Shown: positions 36,861 to 45,739 of the stretch, piece by piece
Layout of the letters: every line of letters starts with the position of its first letter
How positions within the stretch are numbered: position 1 is the first letter of the stretch
IMG/VR virus record: IMGVR_UViG_3300018080_000122
Location: 32,001-96,000 of that record
Length of the DNA: 64,000 bases
Source: a virus
Strand: one strand, 5' to 3'
Notes under the pieces: model-generated
Seen by the model: the letters and a program-made list of their open reading frames with translations, nothing else
The model's database searches: none
What the model was told of the DNA's origin: nothing
Program-made: the position numbers and the translations under genes

Positions 36861-37181
36861 CTATTTATTGATTGCGACTTCTCCTTTGGAGGCGCCGCAA
36901 ACCAACTTGATGAGACCAGGACCCGCGTAGCGCACGATCCTCTTGGCAATGGGATCTAAGATCCAGTCCCATCCTGTCTTGGTGACATCGATGACCCGGC
37001 AGAGAAGATCTATAACCATCTCCTCTTTCTCTTGGCTGGAAAGTCCCTTCACAAGCTCAATGGATTCCATGCCAATTTTGATCACAGTGGCCAAGTCGCC
37101 CCACTGAAAACCGTCGGCAAATTCTTCTTTGACTTTTTCGGCCTGGTTCTCAAGCCATTCCTGCTTAATTTCTGATGTCAC
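36861..37181 (-). CDS. hypothetical protein
   Basis: GGAGG RBS, GTG start, helical. Confidence 0.6.
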   Translation of the reverse strand: MTSEIKQEWLENQAEKVKEEFADGFQWGDLATVIKIGMESIELVKGLSSQEKEEMVIDLLCRVIDVTKTGWDWILDPIAKRIVRYAGPGLIKLVCGASKGEVAINK

Positions 37182-37244
37182 AGACTCTACCTCCGATTCG
37201 GATTCGAATAGGTTGTCCAGGAAACTCCCGTCACACTCCTTTTC

Positions 37245-37655
37245 TCAACCCGAAGCCCCTCCAACATTAGTCAAACCGTTTACTGCGCCTTTAACGGCAC
37301 CCTGAACCAGCACAGCGACCAGTTCCTTGGCCACCATGCAGAAGCCCGTTCCAAGTGCCATCAGAGCCCTCTTGATAATCGCGGCAACCTCTGCGCTTGC
37401 TGCGACCTGCTCCTGAACCAACACGTGCTCCATGGTCAGCTCCACATGGTTCGCGCGGTCAGCCCAGTACTCTACATCTTTGGCCTCGTCAGACGCTATG
37501 GCCATACCTTTGTACTTCAGATACTTGGTGGCCAGGCTGTCCAAGTAAGGCAGCCGATTAGCGTCTTCAACCATATCAGCCAATTCTCTAGCAGCCTGTT
37601 GTCCAGTGTTCTGCGCCAGATCTTTGATCTTGCTGAAAATTTCGTCTGTGCTCAT
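37245..37655 (-). CDS. hypothetical protein
   Basis: 136 aa with amphipathic C-terminus; TAATG overlap. Confidence 0.6.
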   Translation of the reverse strand: MSTDEIFSKIKDLAQNTGQQAARELADMVEDANRLPYLDSLATKYLKYKGMAIASDEAKDVEYWADRANHVELTMEHVLVQEQVAASAEVAAIIKRALMALGTGFCMVAKELVAVLVQGAVKGAVNGLTNVGGASG

Positions 37656-37981
37656 TATTCGTCACCCCGATCTTCTACGTGTTCGTCCTTACGTTCCTTG
37701 CTAGGATCGAGTGCGACATCCACTGTCTGCTTCAGTTGCGCCCAGTGGGCCTTCCGCTCCTTCACTGCTTCTTCTTTCTCTTCGGTCCACTCTTCGTCTG
37801 TGAGGCCACTGGGTCTGTCGTCTTCCATAAAGGCGTCCGACTCCCAGAACTCCACGAGATCCGGCTCGAAAGCCTCCAACGACTTCTTGACCTTCTCCAT
37901 AGAAGGACGAAGATCAGGGCCACCAAAACAACCCACCAGTAAAAGAGAAAGGACCAAAACAACTACTAACCGTTTACTCAT
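37655..37981 (-). CDS. putative lipoprotein
   Basis: MSKRLVVVLVLSLLLVG-C lipobox signal peptide. Confidence 0.75.
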   Translation of the reverse strand: MSKRLVVVLVLSLLLVGCFGGPDLRPSMEKVKKSLEAFEPDLVEFWESDAFMEDDRPSGLTDEEWTEEKEEAVKERKAHWAQLKQTVDVALDPSKERKDEHVEDRGDE

Positions 37982-37991
37982 AACCTTGCCC

Positions 37992-38630
37992 CTACTTTAA
38001 TTCACCTGCGGCCAAATCCGCACGGCAATAACCACATAAATTAAGTCCCCCAACGGGGAACATTATACACCCGAGAGTGCTACAGTGATGTCCCACTGGA
38101 TGTTTATGATGCGTCTGCATTTTCAGGTATTTGTCCACCAGGCCCACACAATGAAGCCATTCGTGCACGATAGTACATTGGAGTGCCTGAGTGTTATTTC
38201 CGTACACCTGCGGAAACACGGCGAAGTCCCTTCGATTCCAGGACTTCCCACCTATAGTCGGGCTATCGGCATGCACGCCCAACGCCCACAGCATATAAAA
38301 TGTGTCCTTGTTTTTCTTGTTTAAGAACACAAATTTTCTGCAATCAAAGATGTCCCAAGTGCCATGACCCTGTTCTGGAACGCCTTTATCAAGTCTGAAC
38401 TCCACAACAGTCCCGTACGAGCACGCCGACTGCATAATATTCTTAGCTGCCTGGAGAACGGCTGGTGGAGGAGGTTCTGGCGTAGTCCAGTCCACTTCAA
38501 TAACAATGCGTTTGGTAGTTTGATTTGGGCCGTCGACGACCTCAACAGAAGGGCACCCAAACAATAAAACAAGAATAATGCTACTCAGGCTTAGCTTGAA
38601 TAGACCCCTCGAACACTTCGTAATCCTCAT
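37992..38630 (-). CDS. Lipoprotein zinc metallopeptidase (metzincin-like)
   Basis: LVLLFG-C lipobox; HEWLHCVGL and HCSTLGCIM Met-turn. Confidence 0.72.
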   Translation of the reverse strand: MRITKCSRGLFKLSLSSIILVLLFGCPSVEVVDGPNQTTKRIVIEVDWTTPEPPPPAVLQAAKNIMQSACSYGTVVEFRLDKGVPEQGHGTWDIFDCRKFVFLNKKNKDTFYMLWALGVHADSPTIGGKSWNRRDFAVFPQVYGNNTQALQCTIVHEWLHCVGLVDKYLKMQTHHKHPVGHHCSTLGCIMFPVGGLNLCGYCRADLAAGELK

Positions 38631-38856
38631 TTGTGACACCTTCTGGAAGTCTGTCTGCCCACGCAGTCTGCACGCCGTCCTTCTTCCATGTGTGAGGAGC
38701 GTCATAGCAACTTATAACAGGTGAAGGCGTTTCCCCAAAAGCCCGCTCTATCTCGGCTATGGCGTAACTTTCTCTGGTCGGTTGCCCATCTCCATGCCCC
38801 CAAGCAAACTGGACGGTGTTATCAGACATACCGCATGCAAATATTTCTTTAGCCAT
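38581..38856 (-). CDS. hypothetical protein (possible fibre chaperone)
   Basis: 91 aa following a fibre-like gene, TAATG overlap. Confidence 0.55.
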   Translation of the reverse strand: MAKEIFACGMSDNTVQFAWGHGDGQPTRESYAIAEIERAFGETPSPVISCYDAPHTWKKDGVQTAWADRLPEGVTNEDYEVFEGSIQAKPE

Positions 38857-40079
38857 TAGACGTACTCCCCCAAGAGGTTGAAGTTGCAGAAATTGAATGA
38901 GCTGCCCGTTTCTCGCAGCTCCAAGTAATCTCCAGCACTTAGGCTTATAGGGCTTGTAAACGCCCCTTGCCCACGGGGAGTGGTGTACGTAATAGAGTCC
39001 GCCAAAATACCGTTGACATACACGCCCATGACTGGAGAACCCCCCGCGCTGTTGGCGTAGTAAGCCCAGTCTGTAAGCGAGTAATTTGCAGGTACTGGGT
39101 GCCTCGTTTCCTGGCTGCTGGCAGCAGCGGCTATTTCACTTGAATTGCCGAACGGGAAGAGGTAGAAGGCCCCTGTACCCGTATCTCCACCAAAAGTGAA
39201 GATCTCGGAATCTTGGCCATAGTCCACCCCAGCCACAAAAACAGTCTCCGCGCTGCTAGCAAACCCTGACGTAGACCGCAATTCAAAGTAGTCCCCAGAA
39301 ACCAAAGACTCGCCGCCCCATATGTGCGTGCCATGTTGCTCGCCCGCACGGATCACAAAGCTATGCGCCAGGGCTCCGTTGACATAAACGCCGATTGTAC
39401 CCCCATCCCCTAGTTCTCTGCGCCACGATACCGAATTAAGAGTGCCCGATCCTGGCACGGGGTGATCCGCGAAACCTGCGCCAGCAGTGCCCCCAGAATT
39501 GGCCCGCATCGTCAAAGAACCAGTGAACGTCCTACCGAAAACGTAAGTGGCTGCCCGACGGTAAGTGCTCGCCATCAAAATTATGTTGGTGCTTGTGGCA
39601 GCGATATTAGCTACTCTACCAACCAAGCTGCTCTCATCAACAGTGGTGAACACGTCTCCCAGCAAGTTACCACTGCCGTCGTTGGTGAACTCTTGCTCAA
39701 AGGCCGCAGAGCCCTTCAAAGCACCAGCTTGCCAGACGTCAGAGGCGGACCCACGGATCGCCACTTTACGTAGTTCTCCTGGATGGCCCCCAGGAAAAAC
39801 GTAACCAGCAGTGGAAAAACGCATCCGTGTGTCGTAGTGGAATCTGTAGAACATGTGAGAGATAGTCGTCTCCAGGTCTGGGGGGTCAATGGTGCCCCAT
39901 CCGGAAGGCTGACTATAATCCGATATCAATAATTTGTTGTTCCCCGCAGGCGCAGGAATAGCTGCTGGAGTTGCAGCAGCGCTTGCCCCAACAATCTGGC
40001 CACGCTGGGTGAGAACGCTCTTCTTTATCTCGAAGTCGCCTACTGGCAAGCCGTCGACGTGGATGTCGCCACCGCTCAT
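38856..40079 (-). CDS. Tail fibre/receptor-binding-like protein
   Basis: VLTQRGQIVG..LISD..GW fibre linker; C-terminal region paralogous to 40755-41921. Confidence 0.6.
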   Translation of the reverse strand: MSGGDIHVDGLPVGDFEIKKSVLTQRGQIVGASAAATPAAIPAPAGNNKLLISDYSQPSGWGTIDPPDLETTISHMFYRFHYDTRMRFSTAGYVFPGGHPGELRKVAIRGSASDVWQAGALKGSAAFEQEFTNDGSGNLLGDVFTTVDESSLVGRVANIAATSTNIILMASTYRRAATYVFGRTFTGSLTMRANSGGTAGAGFADHPVPGSGTLNSVSWRRELGDGGTIGVYVNGALAHSFVIRAGEQHGTHIWGGESLVSGDYFELRSTSGFASSAETVFVAGVDYGQDSEIFTFGGDTGTGAFYLFPFGNSSEIAAAASSQETRHPVPANYSLTDWAYYANSAGGSPVMGVYVNGILADSITYTTPRGQGAFTSPISLSAGDYLELRETGSSFNFCNFNLLGEYV

Positions 40080-40082
40080 ATC

Positions 40083-40745
40083 TTACTCCTGCTCAAAGTA
40101 GGGGCGCCCAATGTAAAGCTCTTCCCCAGAGTCAAGGGTGGCCAAGATGTCAATAAAGAAACGTTTCTTGGCCCCTGTGGGTTGATTGGAGAAATCAGTG
40201 TCCACAAGAGATCGCTCGGTCAGCGTTCCAGGCGCGGTCTGTATCCCCTCACCAAATTGGTCCACTGCACCTTGCCCATCCACGTACACCCGGATCGTGT
40301 ACTGTGGTGAGGCTCCCACACCTTTAATGGGGATCTTCAGACTAGTGATTGTGGTCTGGCTTGGCCCTAACCGCCCAGCAAATACCACTGATAGGGTGGC
40401 TCCTGCAGAAGTTGAGACCACCTTCCAGTAGCCCTCAAAATCTCCACTGTAACTAGGGGCGTCTCGTTGCGCAGATATCGTTCCAGAAACGCCATCCTGC
40501 CCAGCGTAGACAAGATAGCCTTTAGTAGCCCCTAACAGGCCGTCGATATATTCTTTTTGGGTCTTGCCGTCCCATACGTGTCGGTCGCCAGGCATAATTG
40601 GAAGCGCCTCCAAAACGCCACCAGTACCTGCACCTAATACCAGAGCGGGTACTGTGTTTAGTGGTCCACCAGATCCAGAGCCTAATACCAGAGCGGGTAC
40701 TGTGTTTAGTGATCCGCCAGATCCAGAGCCTAATACTCCAGCCAT
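40083..40745 (-). CDS. putative virion protein with N-terminal VLGSGSGG repeats
   Basis: Three N-terminal repeats; C-terminal domain similar to that of 48107-49459. Confidence 0.6.
   Translation of the reverse strand: MAGVLGSGSGGSLNTVPALVLGSGSGGPLNTVPALVLGAGTGGVLEALPIMPGDRHVWDGKTQKEYIDGLLGATKGYLVYAGQDGVSGTISAQRDAPSYSGDFEGYWKVVSTSAGATLSVVFAGRLGPSQTTITSLKIPIKGVGASPQYTIRVYVDGQGAVDQFGEGIQTAPGTLTERSLVDTDFSNQPTGAKKRFFIDILATLDSGEELYIGRPYFEQE
40633..40736. repeat. 48-bp coding tandem repeat (about 2.2 copies)
   Basis: CCTAATACCAGAGCGGGTACTGTGTTTAGTG[G/A]TCC[A/G]CCAGATCCAGAG at 40633 and 40681. Confidence 0.9.
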
Positions 40746-40754
40746 TCGAAGCCT

Positions 40755-41921
40755 CTAGAACCTCATGAACAAATTGAAAATTACCCCGCCCCACGATGCT
40801 GTCGTGTGTTTCAATTCCACGTAGTCTCCTGCGGACACACTGATCGGGGTGGTGAACGTTCCGTTGTCAGGCTCAGACCCAGTATAAGTAATGGTATCCT
40901 GTTGTGCGCCATTCACCAAGACCGCGACGACGGGGGTGCCGCTTCCGGTCATATCGTTGTAGGCCCATGCGGTGATCTCGCCGTCCTTGGGGATCGGATG
41001 TCTAGTGGGGATTCCCGATGCAGATACTTCGCTGGTGACTGACGTAGCAAAGGGCGTAAGATAATAATCCACGGTGGACATATCCCCGCCGAACGTCAGG
41101 ATCTCGCCGTCCTCACCGCTGTCCGGAAGGAATCCAAGGATGGCTAGAGTCTCGACATCAGAGCCCGTCACGTTGTACATTTGGGTGTACAGAACGTCGC
41201 CCGCGTCAACATCTTGGCCAACGAAGAAGAGGGTTCCATGTTGTTGTGATTGCCCCCCGAAGGGGAAGGACAGGAATTGATAATCGGTCTGGGAACCGTC
41301 TAGAAAAGCCCGCAAACTTCCTGAGTCTCCATTCTCTCTGCGCCACGCCATACACACGACCTTGCCGTCAACAGGAACGGGATGATAAATGGAGCCGGTG
41401 GTCGCGTACCCATCGCCATTTGCCATGAGATATGCAGAGCCGGAATCGTATTTTCCGAAGACAAAGGTAGCGATGTTAGTATCGAGAGCTGCCAAACAGA
41501 TCAATTTATTGGCGCTGCTGCCGACGCTTTCCAAATTGCCGACCAGAGAATGGGGGTTGATCGGGACAGAGAAATCTACATTGGCCACACCATTCGATCC
41601 GTCGTGGGTTGTAAGGAGATGTACCCTCCCAGAATCTTCTACGAATGTGTAGATGGAATCGTTGACCGTTCCTCTACTTGATATCTTGGTGATCCGTCCA
41701 CCAGCGATTCCAGGGTAAGACGGAAGATTTGAAGAGGCGGAACCCACCATCGGCCTGTCTGAGTTGAAGCGAAAAAAACTGTGGCCTAGCGAGCCTCCGG
41801 GTATTGGGGAAGCGCCTACTACAAATGTCTCGTTGGCTATCTTGATAATGTGATCGTTGGCCTGCCCACTAGCGTCAAGATTGCCAACAGAGATTGGAAT
41901 TTTTGGTAAAAGGTCGGCCAA
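40755..41921 (-). CDS. Receptor-binding-like protein (paralog of 38856-40079)
   Basis: Shares HPVP..WRRE.GD.G, EI.TFGGD, TRHP.P and PIS.SAGDY.EL. Start reassigned to TTG 41921 after AAGGAG. Confidence 0.6.
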   Translation of the reverse strand: MADLLPKIPISVGNLDASGQANDHIIKIANETFVVGASPIPGGSLGHSFFRFNSDRPMVGSASSNLPSYPGIAGGRITKISSRGTVNDSIYTFVEDSGRVHLLTTHDGSNGVANVDFSVPINPHSLVGNLESVGSSANKLICLAALDTNIATFVFGKYDSGSAYLMANGDGYATTGSIYHPVPVDGKVVCMAWRRENGDSGSLRAFLDGSQTDYQFLSFPFGGQSQQHGTLFFVGQDVDAGDVLYTQMYNVTGSDVETLAILGFLPDSGEDGEILTFGGDMSTVDYYLTPFATSVTSEVSASGIPTRHPIPKDGEITAWAYNDMTGSGTPVVAVLVNGAQQDTITYTGSEPDNGTFTTPISVSAGDYVELKHTTASWGGVIFNLFMRF

Positions 41922-41922
41922 T

Positions 41923-42162
41923 CTACTCTCCTTGAGGGCTGCTATGAAAACCGCCCTCGTAGTAATACCAATCCTGCTCAGACAAGTCAGGGCACGAGAT
42001 GGAAACAGAGACCTGCTCTTCGTTCGTTGCATCAAAAGAACCGTCGCTGCTGAAATCGCATTTACCCCATCGTAGGACCTGCGTTGCGACAAGAGACGCT
42101 TCTACAGCAAGTCGATGACTCCAACCTGTGTGATTTTGCTTAGCTATCACTACATTTTTCAT
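41923..42162 (-). CDS. hypothetical protein
   Basis: ATG 42162 after GAGGA; fills the gap exactly. Confidence 0.55.
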   Translation of the reverse strand: MKNVVIAKQNHTGWSHRLAVEASLVATQVLRWGKCDFSSDGSFDATNEEQVSVSISCPDLSEQDWYYYEGGFHSSPQGE

Positions 42163-42169
42163 ATCATCC

Positions 42170-43471
42170 TCACAGACTGAATATATATCCGAGGACTTCA
42201 ATGTTTACTGATGCTGTGCCATCAATCCTACGGTACTCAATCAACGCCGAAGAATCAGTAACAATATTGATTGTCGTGGCCCCATGCGCTTTCCACGCCA
42301 AGTGGCGAGCGTTGAAATCTACCCCAGTCACGAGATCGTTTGGATCGAACGCGAAGCGCGATGTCGCCGCGCTGGTGTAGCAATGGATCTCGGCCTCGCG
42401 GGATATCACAGGAGGCAGATAGTCAGATAGATCAACATCTGTCCCGGAAGCACTCGTAGCCGTTCCTCCTGACAGCACTGTCAGATCATTACGGTCGACA
42501 TGATAAATCAGCCGCCGCCGTCGGCCTTTACCAAGCACTTCGAAATCGCATATTTCTGTCGAATCATCTGAACGGATCGCGCCAATCACCCGCTTGAGTG
42601 TGTAGCCTGATGGCATTGTTGGAGAGGTGCCGCTGAGAGAAGCAAGCCCAGCGACCGCTTTGGATGTGGGATTTTTGATTGCCCAAATGTAGTACATGGT
42701 GTCCGATGCTTGCGAGCCCGTGTCTAAACCGTTTGCCCCAGTCGTTCCCAGGTTGATTGTTTGTGTTGTTTGGAATAAGATATCGTCAGTGTCGGAATCG
42801 TCCCGGCATCTCCCCGTTCCTATATCAACTGTCGTCGTTGAGTTGTAAGCTAGGACCATCTCGTTGATCCCGCCAGGGGACATGATGCCTTCACGAGTGA
42901 CATTACTAGCTTCTACATCCACATTGGCAGTGGCTTTTTCCAGTCGCCAATCACCCCCGTGCTCGTTGGACGGAGCGTCCCTTCGAGCAACCTTTAAGTA
43001 AACTAACGCTCCAACTGACAGATCTGTATTTGAGATCGTGCGAAGCGTGAACCGCTCTTGGGTGTCAGCGGACGATCCTGGGGAGAGATCTGCATTCGTG
43101 GCCGTGAGGGTCGTCGTGGTCCCGTCGGGATGCGCAATCACCCCCTCGGTGGCTATTCTAACTGTCTTGCTTGCCTCAGCAGTGGACATGCCTGCCACAG
43201 CTTTGATAACCATGTCTGACGAGCCGTCCCACCCATCTGATACGCCGACTTTGAAATAGACTTCTTCATCCGCTGCAAAATCAATTACTGGGATGCCGTC
43301 CATGGTGCCTGCATCGGGAGGAGTCTCATCTGTAGAAAAGAACTGCGTCACTGTGATGGTGCCTGCCACTGTGTCGTCCAGTGTGAACGGAACCCAGTTG
43401 GAGCCATTCCAATGAAGTAGCTGATTGGTGGCGGCCCCAGATTGGCCTAGTTGTTTTGCCCTGGGCCTCAT
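42170..43471 (-). CDS. Tail fibre-like protein
   Basis: GAATNQLLHWNGSNWVP linker; GANGLDTGS..YYIWAI..PTMPSGYTLKRVIG domain typical of phage fibres. Confidence 0.7.
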   Translation of the reverse strand: MRPRAKQLGQSGAATNQLLHWNGSNWVPFTLDDTVAGTITVTQFFSTDETPPDAGTMDGIPVIDFAADEEVYFKVGVSDGWDGSSDMVIKAVAGMSTAEASKTVRIATEGVIAHPDGTTTTLTATNADLSPGSSADTQERFTLRTISNTDLSVGALVYLKVARRDAPSNEHGGDWRLEKATANVDVEASNVTREGIMSPGGINEMVLAYNSTTTVDIGTGRCRDDSDTDDILFQTTQTINLGTTGANGLDTGSQASDTMYYIWAIKNPTSKAVAGLASLSGTSPTMPSGYTLKRVIGAIRSDDSTEICDFEVLGKGRRRRLIYHVDRNDLTVLSGGTATSASGTDVDLSDYLPPVISREAEIHCYTSAATSRFAFDPNDLVTGVDFNARHLAWKAHGATTINIVTDSSALIEYRRIDGTASVNIEVLGYIFSL

Positions 43472-43480
43472 GTGAACCTC

Positions 43481-44017
43481 TCAGTCGTCTATTTGAATCC
43501 AGACATTACGTATTACCAATGGGCCGCCACCCAACCCCATTGGCTCCTGCCCATTTATAGGCAAATCAGACAACCTAATGATGAGGCTCCCCGCCAACAT
43601 CCAATCTGTATGTATTTCTTCGAGGGGTATTTTGAAACTCCAGCGATGGCTCTCGCCTTTTTTGCATGTGATAGGCATCACGTTTCCGTTGTGATCCCCA
43701 GTGACCATCTCCACAGCGGACCCGTCTACTTTACGAAATCTGTAAGACGCCAGGAATTTCGTGTCGGCAAAAGAGGTGAATTCCATTACCACATGGAAGG
43801 CCAGCATTCTCATTCTAGGGATCGGCACTGGGGCGAATGCGACCGCGCCATCACCCTCAAACACTAGGCCATCAACAATATAATCTTTGTTGACGTTCCA
43901 AAACGCACCCTTCTCTAAGACTGGGGTTAACGCCACGGTTGGAAAATCGGGAACTCCTCGCATCTGTTTGGTACGAGGAGCTGTGTTCATGTACTTCTTA
44001 CGGTTACGATCTTGCAT
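43481..44017 (-). CDS. hypothetical protein
   Basis: 178 aa, preceded by a structured intergenic region. Confidence 0.6.
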   Translation of the reverse strand: MQDRNRKKYMNTAPRTKQMRGVPDFPTVALTPVLEKGAFWNVNKDYIVDGLVFEGDGAVAFAPVPIPRMRMLAFHVVMEFTSFADTKFLASYRFRKVDGSAVEMVTGDHNGNVMPITCKKGESHRWSFKIPLEEIHTDWMLAGSLIIRLSDLPINGQEPMGLGGGPLVIRNVWIQIDD

Positions 44018-44091
44018 TCTTGCCCCTTTCGAAGAGGGGTGGAGGAGAACAGGGGCGCATTCGGGGCAAGGTTACCTGTTCTCCTCTCCCC
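44015..44091 (-). promoter_or_regulatory. Structured intercistronic RNA element (stem-loop with anti-SD loop)
   Basis: 12-bp inverted repeat 44042-44053/44075-44086; the loop is complementary to the 8 nt upstream of ATG 44017. Confidence 0.55.
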
Positions 44092-44104
44092 AACTTCTGC
44101 CTAG

Positions 44105-45727
44105 TTAGTCACTGGAGGTGTAGGCGGCGACCATGACGTCATTCGTGTCCTGATCGACAGCGGTGCCACTAGAAGCCAGCCACGTAATCGTCTTGTTGCC
44201 AGTTCCACCCAGTGTATAGTCCTTGCCCGAACCTTGCTGCTGCAGAATGCCGTTGAGGTAGATCTTGACCGCCAGCACCGCAGTGGGCGTGTTGGTCAAG
44301 GTGTCAGTCATTGCGGTGTCGGAACCGGAAATCGCTTGTGTGGTGATTTCCTCCTGACGAGCCGTACCGCCCAGACTGCCCAGCTGTTGGTCGATGCCAT
44401 AAAGATGCGCCGTCAGGTTATCGACGCTATCGGCCTCAGTAGGAGTCGTGCTGGGAGTGTAGTTCGTGGGGTCCCAGTCAATGTCCAGCTTATCGCCATC
44501 GATCTCGGCGTTTCCACCCGTGATCAGCTGTGCGGGGTTGACCGCAACATCGTCGGCGTTGACCGTTATACCGTTGCCCTCGCCCACGTTTAAAGTGTTG
44601 CCGTCTTTGGTAAGACCGGAGCCTGCGTTAACCTGGCCAGCACCAGAGAACTGAATCCAGGAACCAGTGGGAACGCCACCATCGAAGACGAACGCGTTGT
44701 TTTCCCAGTAGGCACCTTCACCATTCACGAGGATGCCGTCGCCATCTGAGGGACTGGTCAGCGTGGGCGTGAGTGAAGTTCCATCCCATTCGGCGTACTT
44801 AGCATTGTCTGTGTTATCTGTCAGCGGCGAGATGAGGGGGGTACCGTCATCCTCAGCACAGACCGCGCGAGTGCCTGCAGGGGGGTAGTTACTGGACTGA
44901 TCGACAATCAACTGCCAGTTAGCACCGTCATACTGAAAGATATCGCCAACTTCTGCCGCCGTACCATCAATAGTGGCGTCACCGTCGGTGGCAGAAACCA
45001 CATAAGTATCGCCATCGTTGGGAGAAAGTCCCTCAATGGTAGTTTCTGCGGCGTTACCCACGTAATTCATCAGGTCTACAGGCTCGTTCCACTGGATGCC
45101 CGAGACCAAAGAATCCGCGTACGATTTATTCACGGGGTCGTTGGCGGTGTCGGGCGTACCCGTAACTTGCAGCGTGTCGACAGTGAACGTCCAAGAACCT
45201 GCCGAGATGGAAACGGAAGTAGAAGCATTGGCTTCGTCGATAGCAATGCCAGAACCATCGACTTTGACACCCTTGTTAGCTGCCACCGACGCGGCGAGGG
45301 CGGAACCGCCACCACCGGTCAAACCGTTTCCAGCTGCTGCTGTCGCAATGCGAAGACCGTTAGCTGCGACTTCCACGCCGGGAATGCCGCCGCCGTCCGT
45401 CGTGTTGGGCAGAACGGAAAGTGCAGATCCGCCGCCACCCGTAAGACCATTGCCAGCCGCTGAAGTTGCCAGATGCGTGCCTGTGATTACACCAGAACCA
45501 ACAGAAAGACCGGAAGCAGTGCTAGACAGTGTGGACCCGTTGAGTTTGACCTCCAAACCCCCATTGGTCGCGTCAGCCTGAAGGCTACCATCTGCTTCAA
45601 GTCGAAGTTGCTTAGCAGGAATTCCCACTAGAATGCCCTCCAGGGGGCCGCCGGAGCCGCTCCCTAATACTTGACCAGGAATACTGTTCAGGTTGCCACC
45701 TGAACCAGAACCAAGATTGCCGGCCAT
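44105..45727 (-). CDS. Long tail fibre-like protein
   Basis: Gly/Ser-rich; AAGNGLTGGGGSAL twice, VNKSYAD, WIQFSGAGQVNAGSGLTKDGN and YLNGILQ..DYT. Confidence 0.72.
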   Translation of the reverse strand: MAGNLGSGSGGNLNSIPGQVLGSGSGGPLEGILVGIPAKQLRLEADGSLQADATNGGLEVKLNGSTLSSTASGLSVGSGVITGTHLATSAAGNGLTGGGGSALSVLPNTTDGGGIPGVEVAANGLRIATAAAGNGLTGGGGSALAASVAANKGVKVDGSGIAIDEANASTSVSISAGSWTFTVDTLQVTGTPDTANDPVNKSYADSLVSGIQWNEPVDLMNYVGNAAETTIEGLSPNDGDTYVVSATDGDATIDGTAAEVGDIFQYDGANWQLIVDQSSNYPPAGTRAVCAEDDGTPLISPLTDNTDNAKYAEWDGTSLTPTLTSPSDGDGILVNGEGAYWENNAFVFDGGVPTGSWIQFSGAGQVNAGSGLTKDGNTLNVGEGNGITVNADDVAVNPAQLITGGNAEIDGDKLDIDWDPTNYTPSTTPTEADSVDNLTAHLYGIDQQLGSLGGTARQEEITTQAISGSDTAMTDTLTNTPTAVLAVKIYLNGILQQQGSGKDYTLGGTGNKTITWLASSGTAVDQDTNDVMVAAYTSSD

Positions 45728-45739
45728 CTGCGGCGCCTC

